Below are positions 63,931-64,000 of a stretch of DNA of 64,000 bases, piece by piece. The notes beneath the pieces are model-generated. The model ran no database searches. It saw nothing but the letters and a program-made list of their open reading frames with translations, and was not told the origin of the DNA. A program made the translations under genes and the position numbers. Origin of the DNA: Bacteroidales bacterium. GTDB taxonomy: Bacteria; Bacteroidota; Bacteroidia; Bacteroidales; DTGW01. Positions within the stretch are counted from its first letter, which is position 1. The number at the start of each line of letters is the position of its first letter. The stretch spans positions 5,866 to 69,865 of the forward strand of contig DAOSPF010000004.1 in assembly GCA_035374585.1 (NCBI GenBank). Reading direction: 5' to 3'.

Positions 63931-64000
63931 CACTTGATTTTTCAGATCATTTAGTCGAAAATAGCTTCTCTTCTACCAATCTAATTAGGATATGTATCAC

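Noticed and set aside
1-64000. Scan for CRISPR arrays, rRNA, tmRNA, RNase P RNA, SRP RNA, transposases, integrases, and toxin-antitoxin or restriction/defence genes
   Set aside because: I saw no regularly spaced direct repeats, and no rRNA, tmRNA, RNase P or SRP signature strings (for example GAGGAAAGTCC, or a GGTTCGA-type T-arm other than the tRNA-Glu). No ORF has transposase, integrase, nuclease-ATPase or methyltransferase hallmarks. A by-eye search has limited sensitivity.

Overview
The window looks like a Bacteroidota chromosomal segment. Evidence: Bacteroidota-type TAnnTTTG promoter boxes, SusC/SusD, gld genes, and many T9SS C-terminal sorting domains. G+C is roughly 35-40% by spot counts. 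I support about 58 protein-coding genes, one tRNA-Glu(UUC), several intrinsic terminators and a few candidate regulatory palindromes. I found no rRNA, CRISPR array, transposase, integrase or recognisable defence genes. Housekeeping genes: panC, hpt, thyA, nrdJ (class II RNR), mpl, holB, sodB, uppP, truB, queA and a ROK glucokinase. Gliding/T9SS genes: gldH (partial at the left edge and missing from the ORF track), gldA-gldF-gldG-DUF4340, a DUF5103-like T9SS plug candidate, and four T9SS-CTD cargo proteins. A minus-strand envelope/polysaccharide region spans 26.5-40.2 kb (ICMT-like methyltransferase, GT2, WcaF-like acetyltransferase, PAS hybrid kinase, two tandem Wzi/RemB-like barrels, WecA-like transferase, Tat-signal GH1, flippase). 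The best candidate for an undescribed system is at 41.5-51.3 kb. It is a SusC/SusD pair with no CAZyme or dedicated regulator, followed by two divergently transcribed paralogues. Each paralogue combines a conserved N-terminal module, a single conserved CxxCH motif and a TolB/PD40-like beta-propeller, and one also carries a long TPR tail. The two genes share about 290 bp of inverted nucleotide homology. The second candidate is at 51.3-55.2 kb. It has an unusual repeat-bearing leader with a C8 tract, a peptidase-S74 (tail-fibre chaperone)/T9SS gene broken by one in-frame TAA, and a roughly 27-28% GC three-gene islet. That islet encodes a secreted protein translationally coupled to a Cys-rich papain/C39-like peptidase, plus a T9SS cargo protein. 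All family assignments are from reading the translations by eye. No database search was run.
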